Assembly: GCA_048128005.1 (NCBI GenBank)
Contig: JBEUKZ010000022.1
Location: forward strand, 186,001 to 250,000
Direction: 5' to 3'
Length of the DNA stretch: 64,000 nt
Origin: Veleropilina oligotropha
Taxonomy: Eukaryota
A model generated the notes under the pieces. It had not been told where the DNA came from. It saw only the letters and a program-made list of their open reading frames with translations, and made no database searches. The translations under genes were made by a program, and so were the position numbers. This document shows, piece after piece, positions 26,840 through 37,715 of this stretch (its first letter is position 1; each line of letters starts with the position of its first letter).

Positions 26840-27470
26840 TTTATAAAAATAATTAATCAAAATTATATGCACTCTTAACCAATAATATTAAGCGCTTAAG
26901 CCAGAAAATATTATGGTGTCAACGGGAGAAAGGCTCAACTTCCGATGCGAAGTTGCTTAAATAGAAAATAACTTGGGAGATGATATGGAATTAATTACCA
27001 ACTCTAGCTTTCAAACGCATTTTTAAATAAGCCCCAAAGAAATTACGACGGCTTTAAAATACAAAAGGATGTGCACTATTTAACACAAACTATTATAACT
27101 TATAAAAACAGCTCAAAGGTAATTACGAGAGCTGTGCAATAAACTAATTATGTACTCTTTAACCAATAATAAAAAATAAATGACTAGAAAAATATAAAAA
27201 AAACAGCTCCAAAGAAATTACCGGAGCCGTGCAATTAATATCACCAAATTATATGCACTCTTAACAAATAATAGTAACTAAGTGACTCCAAAATAAGAAA
27301 GCTCAAAAGAAATTACGAGAGCCGAAAAATTCACCCAATTATGTGCACTCTTAACAAAAATATTAACTGCTTAAGCCAGATAAAATTATTGTATCAAAAA
27401 TAAAAGAACTTAACTTCTGCTGCGAAGTTATTTAAATTGATAACAGATGAGATGAATATGGAAAATGTCT
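26840..27470. repeat. Degenerate AT-rich tandem repeats
   Basis: Recurring AAAGAAATTACGA(G/C) and AATTATATGCACTCTTAAC(C/A)AATAATA motifs. Confidence 0.7.
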
Positions 27471-27507
27471 ATATATAACTATAACTAAATAACTATAGCT
27501 AACAAGA

Positions 27508-27655
27508 AATACAGATAACTAACACTAAATACAGATAACAAACACTAAATACAGATAACTAACACTAAATACAGATAACTAACACTAAATACAGATAACT
27601 AACACTAAATACAGATAACTAACACTAAATACAGATAACTAACACTAAATATAGA
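27508..27655. repeat. 20-bp minisatellite (AACACTAAATACAGATAACT) x about 7
   Basis: Direct reading. Confidence 0.97.
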
Positions 27656-28007
27656 AAACTGTATTACCTTACACTCTTCTCTTTCTAGATTACACCGTAT
27701 TCCTGTAGTACTTTCGGGAGGCTTATTATTTATAATAAATTATAAATGAATAAACACTGGTTATTTCCCTTCCTCAGCAGGTTAAGGACCAAGTCTGGTT
27801 TTAAAGAAACTTCTTGCAGTATTTATGTAAAATTGGGGATTAAACTTGTTCAATTTTGATTGGATATATTTCGTTCATTTTGGTTGGTTGAGGACTTTCT
27901 CTTTGATTTTTAATATGACTTGTTTATCCTTAATTTAATCACTTTGATCACATGCAGATGATTTGTATAGATTGACTGTTTAAGTAGAGAGATTTGTTCT
28001 GAAAATA

Positions 28008-28188
28008 ATCAGTTAAAATGTCATATATCCCGACGGGACTCGAACCCACGATCTCCTGAATTCCGTCCAGGCACTCTACCGACTAAGCTACAGGAACCGA
28101 CGAGAAACATGGCACTGAAACTGATACAAGTGATGACCAGTAACAGTCGGCTCTGGCTTGTATGTATTTATTAGACAATTATATGAGA
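28008..28188 (-). repeat. Isolated partial monomer of the tRNA-like satellite
   Basis: Matches the 279-bp monomer from TCAGTTAAAATG to TATATGAGAG, in the same orientation as the array. Confidence 0.95.
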
Positions 28189-28189
28189 G

Positions 28190-28640
28190 AAGAGTTCTAT
28201 ATTCCGATTTGATTCAAATTCGGTATGCACGTTCGTTATGATGAGGACACGCCACCTAACAATATTTGTTGTTTTCGGATTCAAGATGGCCATTATTTGG
28301 TCTCGTCGTGCTGGCATTTTTGTGGCGCGGATGGGCAGACAGAGGATTTGTCCGGATCATATCTCGGCTTGATTGCATGTCAGCTTGATGAAACATGGTA
28401 TGCTAACTTACCGTCACCTATCTTACCGCATGGAGATATAATTTTCCGTGTGCGACCTTTGACCTTGCCCTTGTGACCTTTGACACAAAATACAGGATGA
28501 AAGTTTTGTCCGGACATTATCTCAGCTACAATATATGCCACCGTATCGAAATTTCATATTCTAACCCTCCTTGAGCTACCCTATGTGCTGCGACATAATT
28601 TTCCGTGTACGACCATTGATTTTGACAATATTTTCCATAT
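28190..28640. mobile_element. Degenerate non-autonomous repeat, possibly Helentron/HINE-like
   Basis: Internal repeats TTGTCCGGA..ATCTC, AATTTTCCGTGT.CGACC and GACCTTTGACCTTG. Confidence 0.35.
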
Positions 28641-30696
28641 TAAGACATTCCTTTATTTCAGAATATTTTATTATTTTTTCATCCAAACTTTTACATGATG
28701 GAGACAGCTAGCACATTATTTAGCCACTGTTACTGGCACGGTCAAGATCACAGATTTTATATGGTAGTACGCTTGCGATATAAGGCTGGGTTCCCAACAG
28801 CTCTGCGGCTGTCTATTTTTCTATTTTATTTTATTTTTTACATCACTTAGTCACCAGAGAATAGCATGGTCAAATCAAGAGGAATCCTCTGTTTTCTGTC
28901 ACCTGTCAAAGTATGTTAAAACGAGACAAGTTCCAGGCAAATTAGAATGTACTATGGCAAAGGAAAAAAGCAGGCCTTGAAAAACCGATCTTGGCAACAC
29001 ATCAAACATTTCGCTGGAAACAAAATTTTACGATAAGTAAGGAAAACTGCCTCTTTTGTATAACATGTATGCTGAAATATATGTCTGGATACATTGGTTG
29101 CATTATGAGATGATCTGACTGAATAATGATCAAGTGAAACTTCACATTTTATTATGACTGCTCGCATGCATATATAGCGTGTTTAGTAAATATTCATTTA
29201 TATGGGAAACTAGAGAGCTATATACATTAATGTTTGTTATTCTAAAGTATTTGTATTAATGTAAAGTAATTATTGGTCTAGGATAACAGTTTGCTAACTA
29301 AGATCACCGTTATATGTGCTTTACGTAGACAAATGTTGGACCTACGCATCTGTGGTCATGAGAGTTATATATAATTAAGGTATCACACTACATTTAACAT
29401 GGTGACTTTAGTCTGAAACCGAAACCACACGACTGTCGCAGCGGCCACGACGATAATGCAAATACAGCCCCTACGTATGCCAAATTATATTCAAACAACC
29501 TTTAAATGTAACTTTTATCTTTACTTCGCTATAACGAAATAAGATTTCGATATAACGAAATAAAAAAAGAAAGTGTTTCATGTCACCGCCCGGGTTCCGC
29601 ATAATCACTTTATTTTAAAGAGACTATTGCCTGTAAAAAAAGAACACTAACCGCATTACACTTTTTGTTTATAACATAAAAATGTAGGAATTTTCATTAA
29701 TTTGCTGCCGTTTAAATTAATCGCTACTGTATATTTAAAAATAATTAAAAGCGGTCCGTTTTTAATTAGCTCACACCGAGTGACATTTTCAATTGACATA
29801 GTTGGGGCACAGTTGCGTAGGTTTCTGCGCGTCCAGTAAGCTTTCTACATGACAATAATATATATTGCCCAGTTACAATAATAATTTCAATACTAATAAG
29901 GGCCAGAATTCCTTAACTGTCCACTTTCATAAATAAAAGTTGTATAATAAATATTGTGTAGTGCTCTGCATTTTGTCATAAAGGAGGATCGAGGCTTTTG
30001 TCACCAATGCAATTTACTTTGAGGAACTTATGTCTGAGGGAGCCTTTGTCCATAAAACTCTTGTAATAGAAAGAGGTAGATGGGCGCAACGATTTAAAAG
30101 GAATGACAGGACATGCAATGGTTTAGGAGACGAATACCATGTGCGACTTGTGTGCCCACTTTTGTAAAGTGGTAGATGGGCGCACCCCGCTATACACTAA
30201 ACCATACTATTGTGCAATAGACCAATCGTCTTAAAAAAATTGGTCATACTCTAATTTGTGATTTAAAAAATGCGTGTTTTGTCGTATATATCTGGTATGG
30301 ACGTTACATGTATGTATATATACTGGCGATTATTTACTATGTATTATTCTGGTTTACCCTGAGTGGCCAATACATAAATACTGTTCTGCTCTGTTGAATA
30401 TAAAAAAATTTCTGTCGACCCACCCCATGCAAACAAAATCCTTGATCCGATTCTGTAATACTTTAATAAACACAATTATTGTATACACAACTCTAATCGT
30501 CATCTAATTATAAACATAAGACACTATATAGCTCTTCCGTGGATAAAAATATGAAAAACGCCTAAAATGTAATAAACGCAATGACCAATTTAAAATAATA
30601 GACTATGTCTGTTTTATGCACATCTGGAAATTCTAGACTTGTTTCGAATTACCATTTAACGACCATCGTCATGATTGTGTATGCAAGCGTATGCAT

Positions 30697-30848
30697 GTGA
30701 CAGTGTCGCACTTGTGAGATGTACTTCTTACATAACACTGTTACTGTGCACATCTATTTTTATGACCGGTGGTTCCTGTAGGAACTGGCCTGCTAAAACG
30801 CCGATGAGGTAGACGCGGGGCTAAAACTCCATCACACCACCACCACCA
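30697..30848 (+). repeat. Dispersed repeat of about 150 bp (copy 1)
   Basis: Similar to 42305-42455 (shared GGTGGTTCCTGTAGGAACTGGCCTGCTAAAACGCCG). Confidence 0.85.
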
Positions 30849-31227
30849 TAACTTGTAACAGTTTAATCGGTCCCAAAATGCTCATTTACGTAGTATTTAT
30901 ATCATGAAGACGTCAAAGACAAGTTAATGTTGGTTTGATTTAGTCACACCGATCTATTTCACAATATTTCATTGAAGGTTAATCAACTTTCGAACATCCC
31001 TAAGTCAAGGTGTTACCCGCGTGTAAATGCCTAATGTTATAATATCAACATGTTTATGGCATAGACGATAACTTCGTTAAAAAGCATTACCGGCTACTAT
31101 TCGTTTATTCCGATCATGACATATGAGAAGTATAAACTGCATCAAAATGGTAAAAAAGATACTAATGTTGACAATTCGTCAGATATATCAGTCATTTCTC
31201 TGTAATAAACAGGATCAAGACTAAGAT

Positions 31228-31708
<481 letters not shown>

Positions 31709-32180
31709 CCATTATTTTTCCCACTATTGATGTCAGACTAACTGGTCGATAATTTTGGGTATTTACTCTACTTCCCTTTTTAATGATTGGGGTAACGTTT
31801 CCAGTTATCCAGTCATCAGGTAAGCTACCTTCTTGTAGAGATTTATTGAATATCAAAGCTTTACTAATTCATCCTTACCTGCTTTTTAGCAATTTGGGAT
31901 ATATGCTGTCTGGACCTGGAGCTGTAGTGACATTTAATAAGCTTATCTTTTTTTCAACCATTTTCGTAGTAATTTCGATACTTTCACTTTTCAATACTTT
32001 TCACAAAAAATTTCATTGTCTTGAAATATATGCTTTACCGGTGGAATATTTACCTGTAACCTCTAGCGTATATATAGATGCAAAATACTTGTTTAGGGAT
32101 TCTGAGATTTGTGCATCATCTGATATTACATTTCCATTTTCATCTTTCATGGGACCCACGACATCTTTTGTTTTTTGTTT
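31709..32180 (-). pseudogene. CR1/L2-type LINE ORF2 fragment (start of RT)
   Basis: IFNKSLQEGSLPDDWITGNVTPIIKKGSR...NYRPVSLTSIVGKIME and an upstream PGPD motif; truncated at the (CT)n tract. Confidence 0.85.
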
Positions 32181-32454
32181 TGACGTTGTGGAAATACACT
32201 ACAGAGTACCCATGCAAGTTAAGAGAAAGATACATTGTTATTTTTGTTCATTGTTCAATTTACACTAAGTAATATAAGAACAATTAAATGTCTGTCGTTT
32301 TGATATCATTTACTTTTAAACAGTGTATACATTGAAACTTTTGCTTTTGTTTGAAAATGTGTATGTATAACTCTTGCCAAGTTAGCTGTAACTACATCTG
32401 AGTTCACCTATATATACCTCCATACCTCTTGACTATTTATTCATTTTAAATGAC

Positions 32455-32585
32455 GAACAGTAGTGGGTTCGACTCTCGGGTCGGGCATTGGCATTATTTG
32501 TTCAGTTATGAATCACAGTTGTCCGAAACTTGTAGGAGAGGGTCGGGTTTCCCTGGGCGACCGGACTTTCCTCCCGCGATAATAT
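32455..32585 (+). mobile_element. Diverged fragment of the SINE family found at 6487/10660
   Basis: AACAGTAGTGGGTTCGAC...ATTTGTTCAGTTATGAATCACAGTTGTCCG...GGCGACCGG..TTTCCTCCCGCGATAA aligns with the reverse complement of the inserted SINE. Confidence 0.8.
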
Positions 32586-33319
32586 ATACAAGTAAAATAA
32601 TTTTCTACTTACAGTGTGACATAAATATTTTCTGTTGAAATTTTGTTGAGGTATTCGTATATTAACTAGCCTGTTAAATATACAATCATTTTCTTCTAAA
32701 TGATATGATATATATCGCTCGTTCTCGCATTACACTAATTGAGACAATACAACAACGCTCGTTAATTTGTCTGTGGCTTCTGCCCATTATCATGTTTTTG
32801 GTAACAGGTGCAGTCGTTTGTCAGTCAGCTACACAAACAACAGATGCTTAATGTATGTACGTACGCGCCAAGTGCAGAGTGATATAATTCCCGCGAATAA
32901 CGCCACTATGGTCATTTGATTTTATGCCAGCGGGTGGTGGTGACCGAAGATAGCTTTTATTTGAAACTGCTGGATCAATTTCCACCAAACTTGGTATATA
33001 TACATTTCCAAGAGAATAGTTGTAGGTCGTGTATATAACTTTCGTGGCACATTTCTTTGCAAAATGTGCATTTTATAGATACTTTTTATGGCTAATAATA
33101 CTGTTATAGTCTGTATACAAGTTTTTCCATGACATCATTTTGTCGCAGATTTTGATGTCAAATTGTTAATTCTCTTTTTTGCATCTCAAATAGTGCATCG
33201 ATCTTCAGTCATCGGAATATAATGATATTGTGAATTAAACAATTGAAATGTTAGAATGCGTGTCATAAATGTACACCGTCACAAATATGAGGTTTTAATG
33301 TAAACCTAATATTAGTATA

Positions 33320-33536
33320 AAACATACTTACGTCCTTACTCTTGCCATAATAGTAATATTATTGCCAAACCGGAAACAGTGAATAAGTCACGTTATGCAC
33401 TATTAATAAGTCAAAGACGCAAAAACGTACCACGGTTACCTCCCCTGCTCCTCCTCAGCCACGTTCCCCCGCGAGACCTCGCCAAGTCTCGCGAGACTTC
33501 TGAACCATAGAAGTCACATGACATCAATTCAAAGTT
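33320..33536. repeat. DIRS 3' (right) ITR; terminal extension 33285-33319
   Basis: Reverse complement of 40537-40753. Confidence 0.95.
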
Positions 33537-33597
33537 CAAAAACCACAAAGGAACGTAGTAGAGGGGAGGAATGCGAAACGCAGGGTGGGTAATCGTG

Positions 33598-33688
33598 GTA
33601 AGGACGTAAGTATGTTTTATACTAATATTAGGTTTACATTAAAACCTCATATATAGTTACAAACATACTTACGTCCTTACTCTTGCCA
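33598..33688. other. DIRS internal complementary region (ICR)
   Basis: It joins the complements of the two element termini (...AAAACCTCAT ATATAGTTACAAAC...), i.e. the circle-junction sequence. Confidence 0.93.
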
Positions 33689-34521
33689 GAATAACCTTGG
33701 ATAGGTGGGTAAGACGTTCCTTACAACAAACCCAAACAAGATAATGACTTACTTGTCACCAATTCAATCAGCATGAAGCGTCGATTGTGTCCGCCTAGAG
33801 TGGAATTTTTACTGAGTATTATATTCTACTCTTACCAAGCGAGAATTTCGACCAGTGTTACCGGGAGAATACGCCGTGGTATTAGTCGGACGAGGTGAAC
33901 GGAAGTGCAATCAGCCCCAGGCACGGCCGGAAGGATAAATCCCTGTAGGTCTTACGTGTCATGGACCAGTGGCAGCCAAATGGGACTCCGGGCCTATAGG
34001 CCGGTAGCCAGAGGATGCAGTCGGATTTGTAAGCACACGGAACCTAACAGGTTGTGAAAGCTTTAAATCAAAAGCAAAGAATTAATAGATTATTATAAAT
34101 AATCGATATTAATAAGTAATTCGCATGACCAACTTGCGAATGCTAACATGGACGACATGTCACTTAAAATAAATTTAAGGAAGCAAAAATGTTCGACATG
34201 TTACTTAAAAATAAATGTTAAGGAATCAACATTTTAAAATGTATTGAACATCGTATGTTCGATTACAGCAAAGAACATATCAATATTGAACCTTAATCTT
34301 TTTAAGATTTGTGCAAAATTATAAAAGTTGTTTTATTAAATTCAATGTGATCTGGCTGTCAGCTGCTCAGGTCTGACATGAAAGGAACAAAATCTTAAAT
34401 TAGATTTAAGAAATGAACAGACATTGAACTGCCTCGTAGGTGTTAATTTTCGTAGCACCGTTGGCCAACAAAAATAAAATGGCGTCAGTAAATATGCAAA
34501 TGATCAATCAGAGAACAATAC

Positions 34522-37479
34522 TTACTGATTAGAAGACCTCGGTCTAACAATAACCCTTTGTGCAGCAACACACTGTAAGCTGCTCAGGCCATCAGCACCA
34601 GTTGAGTAGTCCCGCAGATAATGTTTGACAAACACATTAGCGTTTTTCCAATATCCAGCCTGGAGTAACGCATTGATATTTAAATTATGTCGGAATGCTA
34701 CAGACGCGGCAATTGCCCGGACTTCATGTGCGCGGACCGATAAAATAGTTCGGTCGTCGTCATCACAACGGATGTAAACATCTCTCACAGTTTGTGAAAT
34801 CCACCGCGAAACAGTTGTCCTCGTAATGTCGCGGGTGTAAGTAGGTAAATACGATACGAATAAACGTAATTTCCCTGTCCGCATTTCACGGGTTCTGTCT
34901 AGGTAGAAGCGAAGCGCCCGTACCGGGCAATTGAGGCGGTCTGCATCGTGCCGTCCGACTAGCGTTAGCTTGGGAATAACAACATCAGGTGCGTCCTCGT
35001 TCGGCCGTTGGTTCTTGGCTAGAAAGCCAAGAATAGGACGCAGTATCACCGACCCGTCTGACTGGAATCGTATGTCTCTTAGCTCGGAGGAGAAAGCATG
35101 GATCTCGGAACAACGCCTGCCCGACGCTAAGGCGATCAGAAAAACCGTTTTGTGCGTCAAGTTCCTCATGGTTATCTCGGACATCGGCTCATACGGGGGT
35201 AAGAGTAATGCGTTAAGAATAAGTACGATATTCCAGGCAGGTGGCTTAATTCTTCGGGTCGGTATCTCGAGTTCGTAAGATCGTATAAAATCTGATATCG
35301 TTCGGTCGCTTGATAGGCCAGCATGGGCACGACACTGCTTTAGCGTGGTCGCGATCGTTGCCCGATAGCCTTTGACGGCGGACACTGACATACCGCGGTC
35401 GAAGAGCGACGATAAAAACTCGATAAACTTGTTCACAGGGGGACGGAGTATATTGATCTGCCTGCTGTGACACCAATCCACGTACTTAACCCATCGGTAG
35501 TCATAGACTTTTGTAGTGGAAATCCTTCTCGATCGGTAGATACGTAAGGCTGTAGCTTTAGAAAATCCTTTCTTAGCAAGGGATCGTTCGATAACCGCCA
35601 GGCGTGTAAACGTAAGTGGTTCGGCGACTCGTGGAGTACACGGGAGCGTGGTTGCATTAACAGGTCTAGTTTCTGCGGTAACGCTAACGGTCGATCGACG
35701 ATCAGATCGAGGAGGGTCGGAAACCAAGGTTGCGTGCGATACAGGGGCGCTATTAGCGTTATCTCGCAACGTTCGGTCGCTGCCTTCTGTAATACCAGTG
35801 ATAGAATGCACGTCGGGGGGAAGGCATACGCGGACAGATTCTCCCATGTCATTGACATTGCGTCGACCGCTAGGGCGGCCGGGTCTGGGTACGGGGAGAC
35901 ATACAGAGGTAGTCGGTAATTGAATTCTGTTGCAAACAAATCGACTTGGGGTTGCGACCACCGGCGGCAAACATCCCGAGCTACTCGGCTGTGTAGCGTC
36001 CACTCTGTGTGTATTATCTGTGATCTCCGAGAGAGCGAATCCGCTCTGACATTCAGCTTTCCCGGGATGTGTCGGGCTCGAATCGTCGAGTTGAGGGACA
36101 TCACTAAGCGGTGTAGGTCTATTGCTTGGTCGCATAGGGGATGCGAGCGAGTACCGCCCTGGTGCTGTATGTAAGCGACGACAGTCGTGTTGTCCATGGC
36201 GAGCATGATATGCTTGTTGCGGAGATGTAACGAGAGGGACCGTACTGACAGGAAGACGGCTTCTAACTCTAGGAAGTTGATATGTCGTCCCTGAAGGTCT
36301 GTCGGCCATAGGCCTGATGTCTCGTAACTGTCGAGGTGACCACCCCAGCCGTCGTTCGAAGCGTCTGTGAACAGGTAAGCGTTCGGCTCTGGTGGGGATA
36401 TAGGAACCGACTGGTCCGGCAAAGCGGGGTTCAACCACACTGCTGTCGTGTCGGTAAACCAATGCCGTAGATCGATGCGATCCGTCCACTGCCCCGTCCG
36501 TTGTATCCAGCGATCCCTGAACGCCTGTTGTAATGGTCTTTTGTCCATGCGACCCGTCGGTAGCAGGGGCGCTACCGACTCGATGTGCCCCAGGACAGTG
36601 GCCAGTTGTCGCGCCGTAGTTATGTCCGATGACAGGGTGTCTTGGATAACCGCGCGTAGGTTCCGCATACGCTTCTGGGTCGGCTTCGCGGTGTACCGGA
36701 CCGTATCGAAGTCGACTCCGAGGAACGTAAACGTCGTCGAGGGCACGAAGCAGGATTTTGTCTCGTTGATCTGAAATCCCAGGCGCTTCGTCGATGACAG
36801 GGTAAAGCTCGTAGACCGGAGGCACAGATCCCGGGACGCCCCGAGGATCAGCCAGTCGTCGAGGTACATATGTACCCTGTGCCCTAGAGAGTGTAGGAAG
36901 GCCCCTAGGGCCTGTACTGTTCTCGTGAAGACGTACGGGGCTGACGATAGACCGAACGGTAGGCACCTGAATTGGTAGATCGTCTTCCCGTGTATAAACC
37001 AAAGGTACTGATGAGCCGTGACATGCATCGGGACATGCAGATACGCGTCGGCGAGATCGATAGACGCTGCCCAGTCGCCCGGACGGATGGCCGCTCGAAT
37101 CTTCGAGAGGGTTTCTTGCTGAAATTTCTCGGTACGAAGATATCGGTTTAGGTACGAGAGATCGAGGATCGGTCTCCAGCGGCCATCGGGTTTCGGGACC
37201 AGGAAGAAATGGCTGTAAAATCCTGGTGTGCTGGGCGGCGCGGGATATATCGCTCTTTTTAGGAGCAAATCCCGCACTGCCTGGTCTAAGACCGCTTGTT
37301 TCTCTCCGTTTAGGAGTCGAGCGTGTCTTGTTGGTGGTGCCTCGGTTAAGGTCGGATGCCGGTTGAATGCCAACTTGTATCCGGCACTCACGACTAAGTG
37401 GACCCAGTTGCTGTCTGTCAGCTCTAGCCAGGGCTGGCTGTGTGCTAACAGGCACGCTCCCACCGGCGGGAGCGGGCAA
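34522..37479 (-). CDS. DIRS ORF3, tyrosine recombinase (long N-terminal part overlaps the RT frame)
   Basis: LASGRRCSEI, CPVRAL, HEVRAIAAS, W...F.KHY match the YR catalytic residues R...HxxR...W...Y. Confidence 0.93.
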   Translation of the reverse strand: MPAPAGGSVPVSTQPALARADRQQLGPLSRECRIQVGIQPASDLNRGTTNKTRSTPKRRETSGLRPGSAGFAPKKSDISRAAQHTRILQPFLPGPETRWPLETDPRSLVPKPISSYREISARNPLEDSSGHPSGRLGSVYRSRRRVSACPDACHGSSVPLVYTREDDLPIQVPTVRSIVSPVRLHENSTGPRGLPTLSRAQGTYVPRRLADPRGVPGSVPPVYELYPVIDEAPGISDQRDKILLRALDDVYVPRSRLRYGPVHREADPEAYAEPTRGYPRHPVIGHNYGATTGHCPGAHRVGSAPATDGSHGQKTITTGVQGSLDTTDGAVDGSHRSTALVYRHDSSVVEPRFAGPVGSYIPTRAERLPVHRRFERRLGWSPRQLRDIRPMADRPSGTTYQLPRVRSRLPVSTVPLVTSPQQAYHARHGQHDCRRLHTAPGRYSLASPMRPSNRPTPLSDVPQLDDSSPTHPGKAECQSGFALSEITDNTHRVDATQPSSSGCLPPVVATPSRFVCNRIQLPTTSVCLPVPRPGRPSGRRNVNDMGESVRVCLPPDVHSITGITEGSDRTLRDNANSAPVSHATLVSDPPRSDRRSTVSVTAETRPVNATTLPCTPRVAEPLTFTRLAVIERSLAKKGFSKATALRIYRSRRISTTKVYDYRWVKYVDWCHSRQINILRPPVNKFIEFLSSLFDRGMSVSAVKGYRATIATTLKQCRAHAGLSSDRTISDFIRSYELEIPTRRIKPPAWNIVLILNALLLPPYEPMSEITMRNLTHKTVFLIALASGRRCSEIHAFSSELRDIRFQSDGSVILRPILGFLAKNQRPNEDAPDVVIPKLTLVGRHDADRLNCPVRALRFYLDRTREMRTGKLRLFVSYLPTYTRDITRTTVSRWISQTVRDVYIRCDDDDRTILSVRAHEVRAIAASVAFRHNLNINALLQAGYWKNANVFVKHYLRDYSTGADGLSSLQCVAAQRVIVRPRSSNQ

Positions 37480-37715
37480 CTGGGGCCGTCGCGAATGCCG
37501 GCAGCCCTAGGGCCGAGGCTTCCCTCTCCCGCTCTGCTTGCGGGATTTCGTTGGAGGTGCTTGCCTCTTTGGAGTGGGTTTATTGGCCGGAGGCCTACCA
37601 CCCGAAGAGGGCTTCGCACGCTTAGAAGGCTTCGGGGCCGGGGTGGGCCCGGAGCGCTTCTTCGAGTTGGCAGGTGGACCCCGGGTGGGGAGCAGTACTG
37701 CCTTCTCGATGGCAC
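35433..37715 (-). CDS. DIRS ORF2: reverse transcriptase, RNase H, DAM-like methyltransferase domain
   Basis: WRPILDL, IDLADAYLH, LPFGL, YLDD; FTDAS..GWG, HINFLEL, DNTT, ADSLSR; DLFAT, YAFPP, LIAP, QPWF. Confidence 0.96.
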   Translation of the reverse strand: MPSRRQYCSPPGVHLPTRRSAPGPPRPRSLLSVRSPLRVVGLRPINPLQRGKHLQRNPASRAGEGSLGPRAAGIRDGPSCPLPPVGACLLAHSQPWLELTDSNWVHLVVSAGYKLAFNRHPTLTEAPPTRHARLLNGEKQAVLDQAVRDLLLKRAIYPAPPSTPGFYSHFFLVPKPDGRWRPILDLSYLNRYLRTEKFQQETLSKIRAAIRPGDWAASIDLADAYLHVPMHVTAHQYLWFIHGKTIYQFRCLPFGLSSAPYVFTRTVQALGAFLHSLGHRVHMYLDDWLILGASRDLCLRSTSFTLSSTKRLGFQINETKSCFVPSTTFTFLGVDFDTVRYTAKPTQKRMRNLRAVIQDTLSSDITTARQLATVLGHIESVAPLLPTGRMDKRPLQQAFRDRWIQRTGQWTDRIDLRHWFTDTTAVWLNPALPDQSVPISPPEPNAYLFTDASNDGWGGHLDSYETSGLWPTDLQGRHINFLELEAVFLSVRSLSLHLRNKHIMLAMDNTTVVAYIQHQGGTRSHPLCDQAIDLHRLVMSLNSTIRARHIPGKLNVRADSLSRRSQIIHTEWTLHSRVARDVCRRWSQPQVDLFATEFNYRLPLYVSPYPDPAALAVDAMSMTWENLSAYAFPPTCILSLVLQKAATERCEITLIAPLYRTQPWFPTLLDLIVDRPLALPQKLDLLMQPRSRVLHESPNHLRLHAWRLSNDPLLRKDFLKLQPYVSTDREGFPLQKSMTTDGLSTWIGVTAGRSIYSVPL

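Noticed and set aside
28640..31200. Host exons or short ORFs in AT-rich DNA
   Set aside because: No coding signature or recognisable domain. Small exons cannot be excluded without transcript data.
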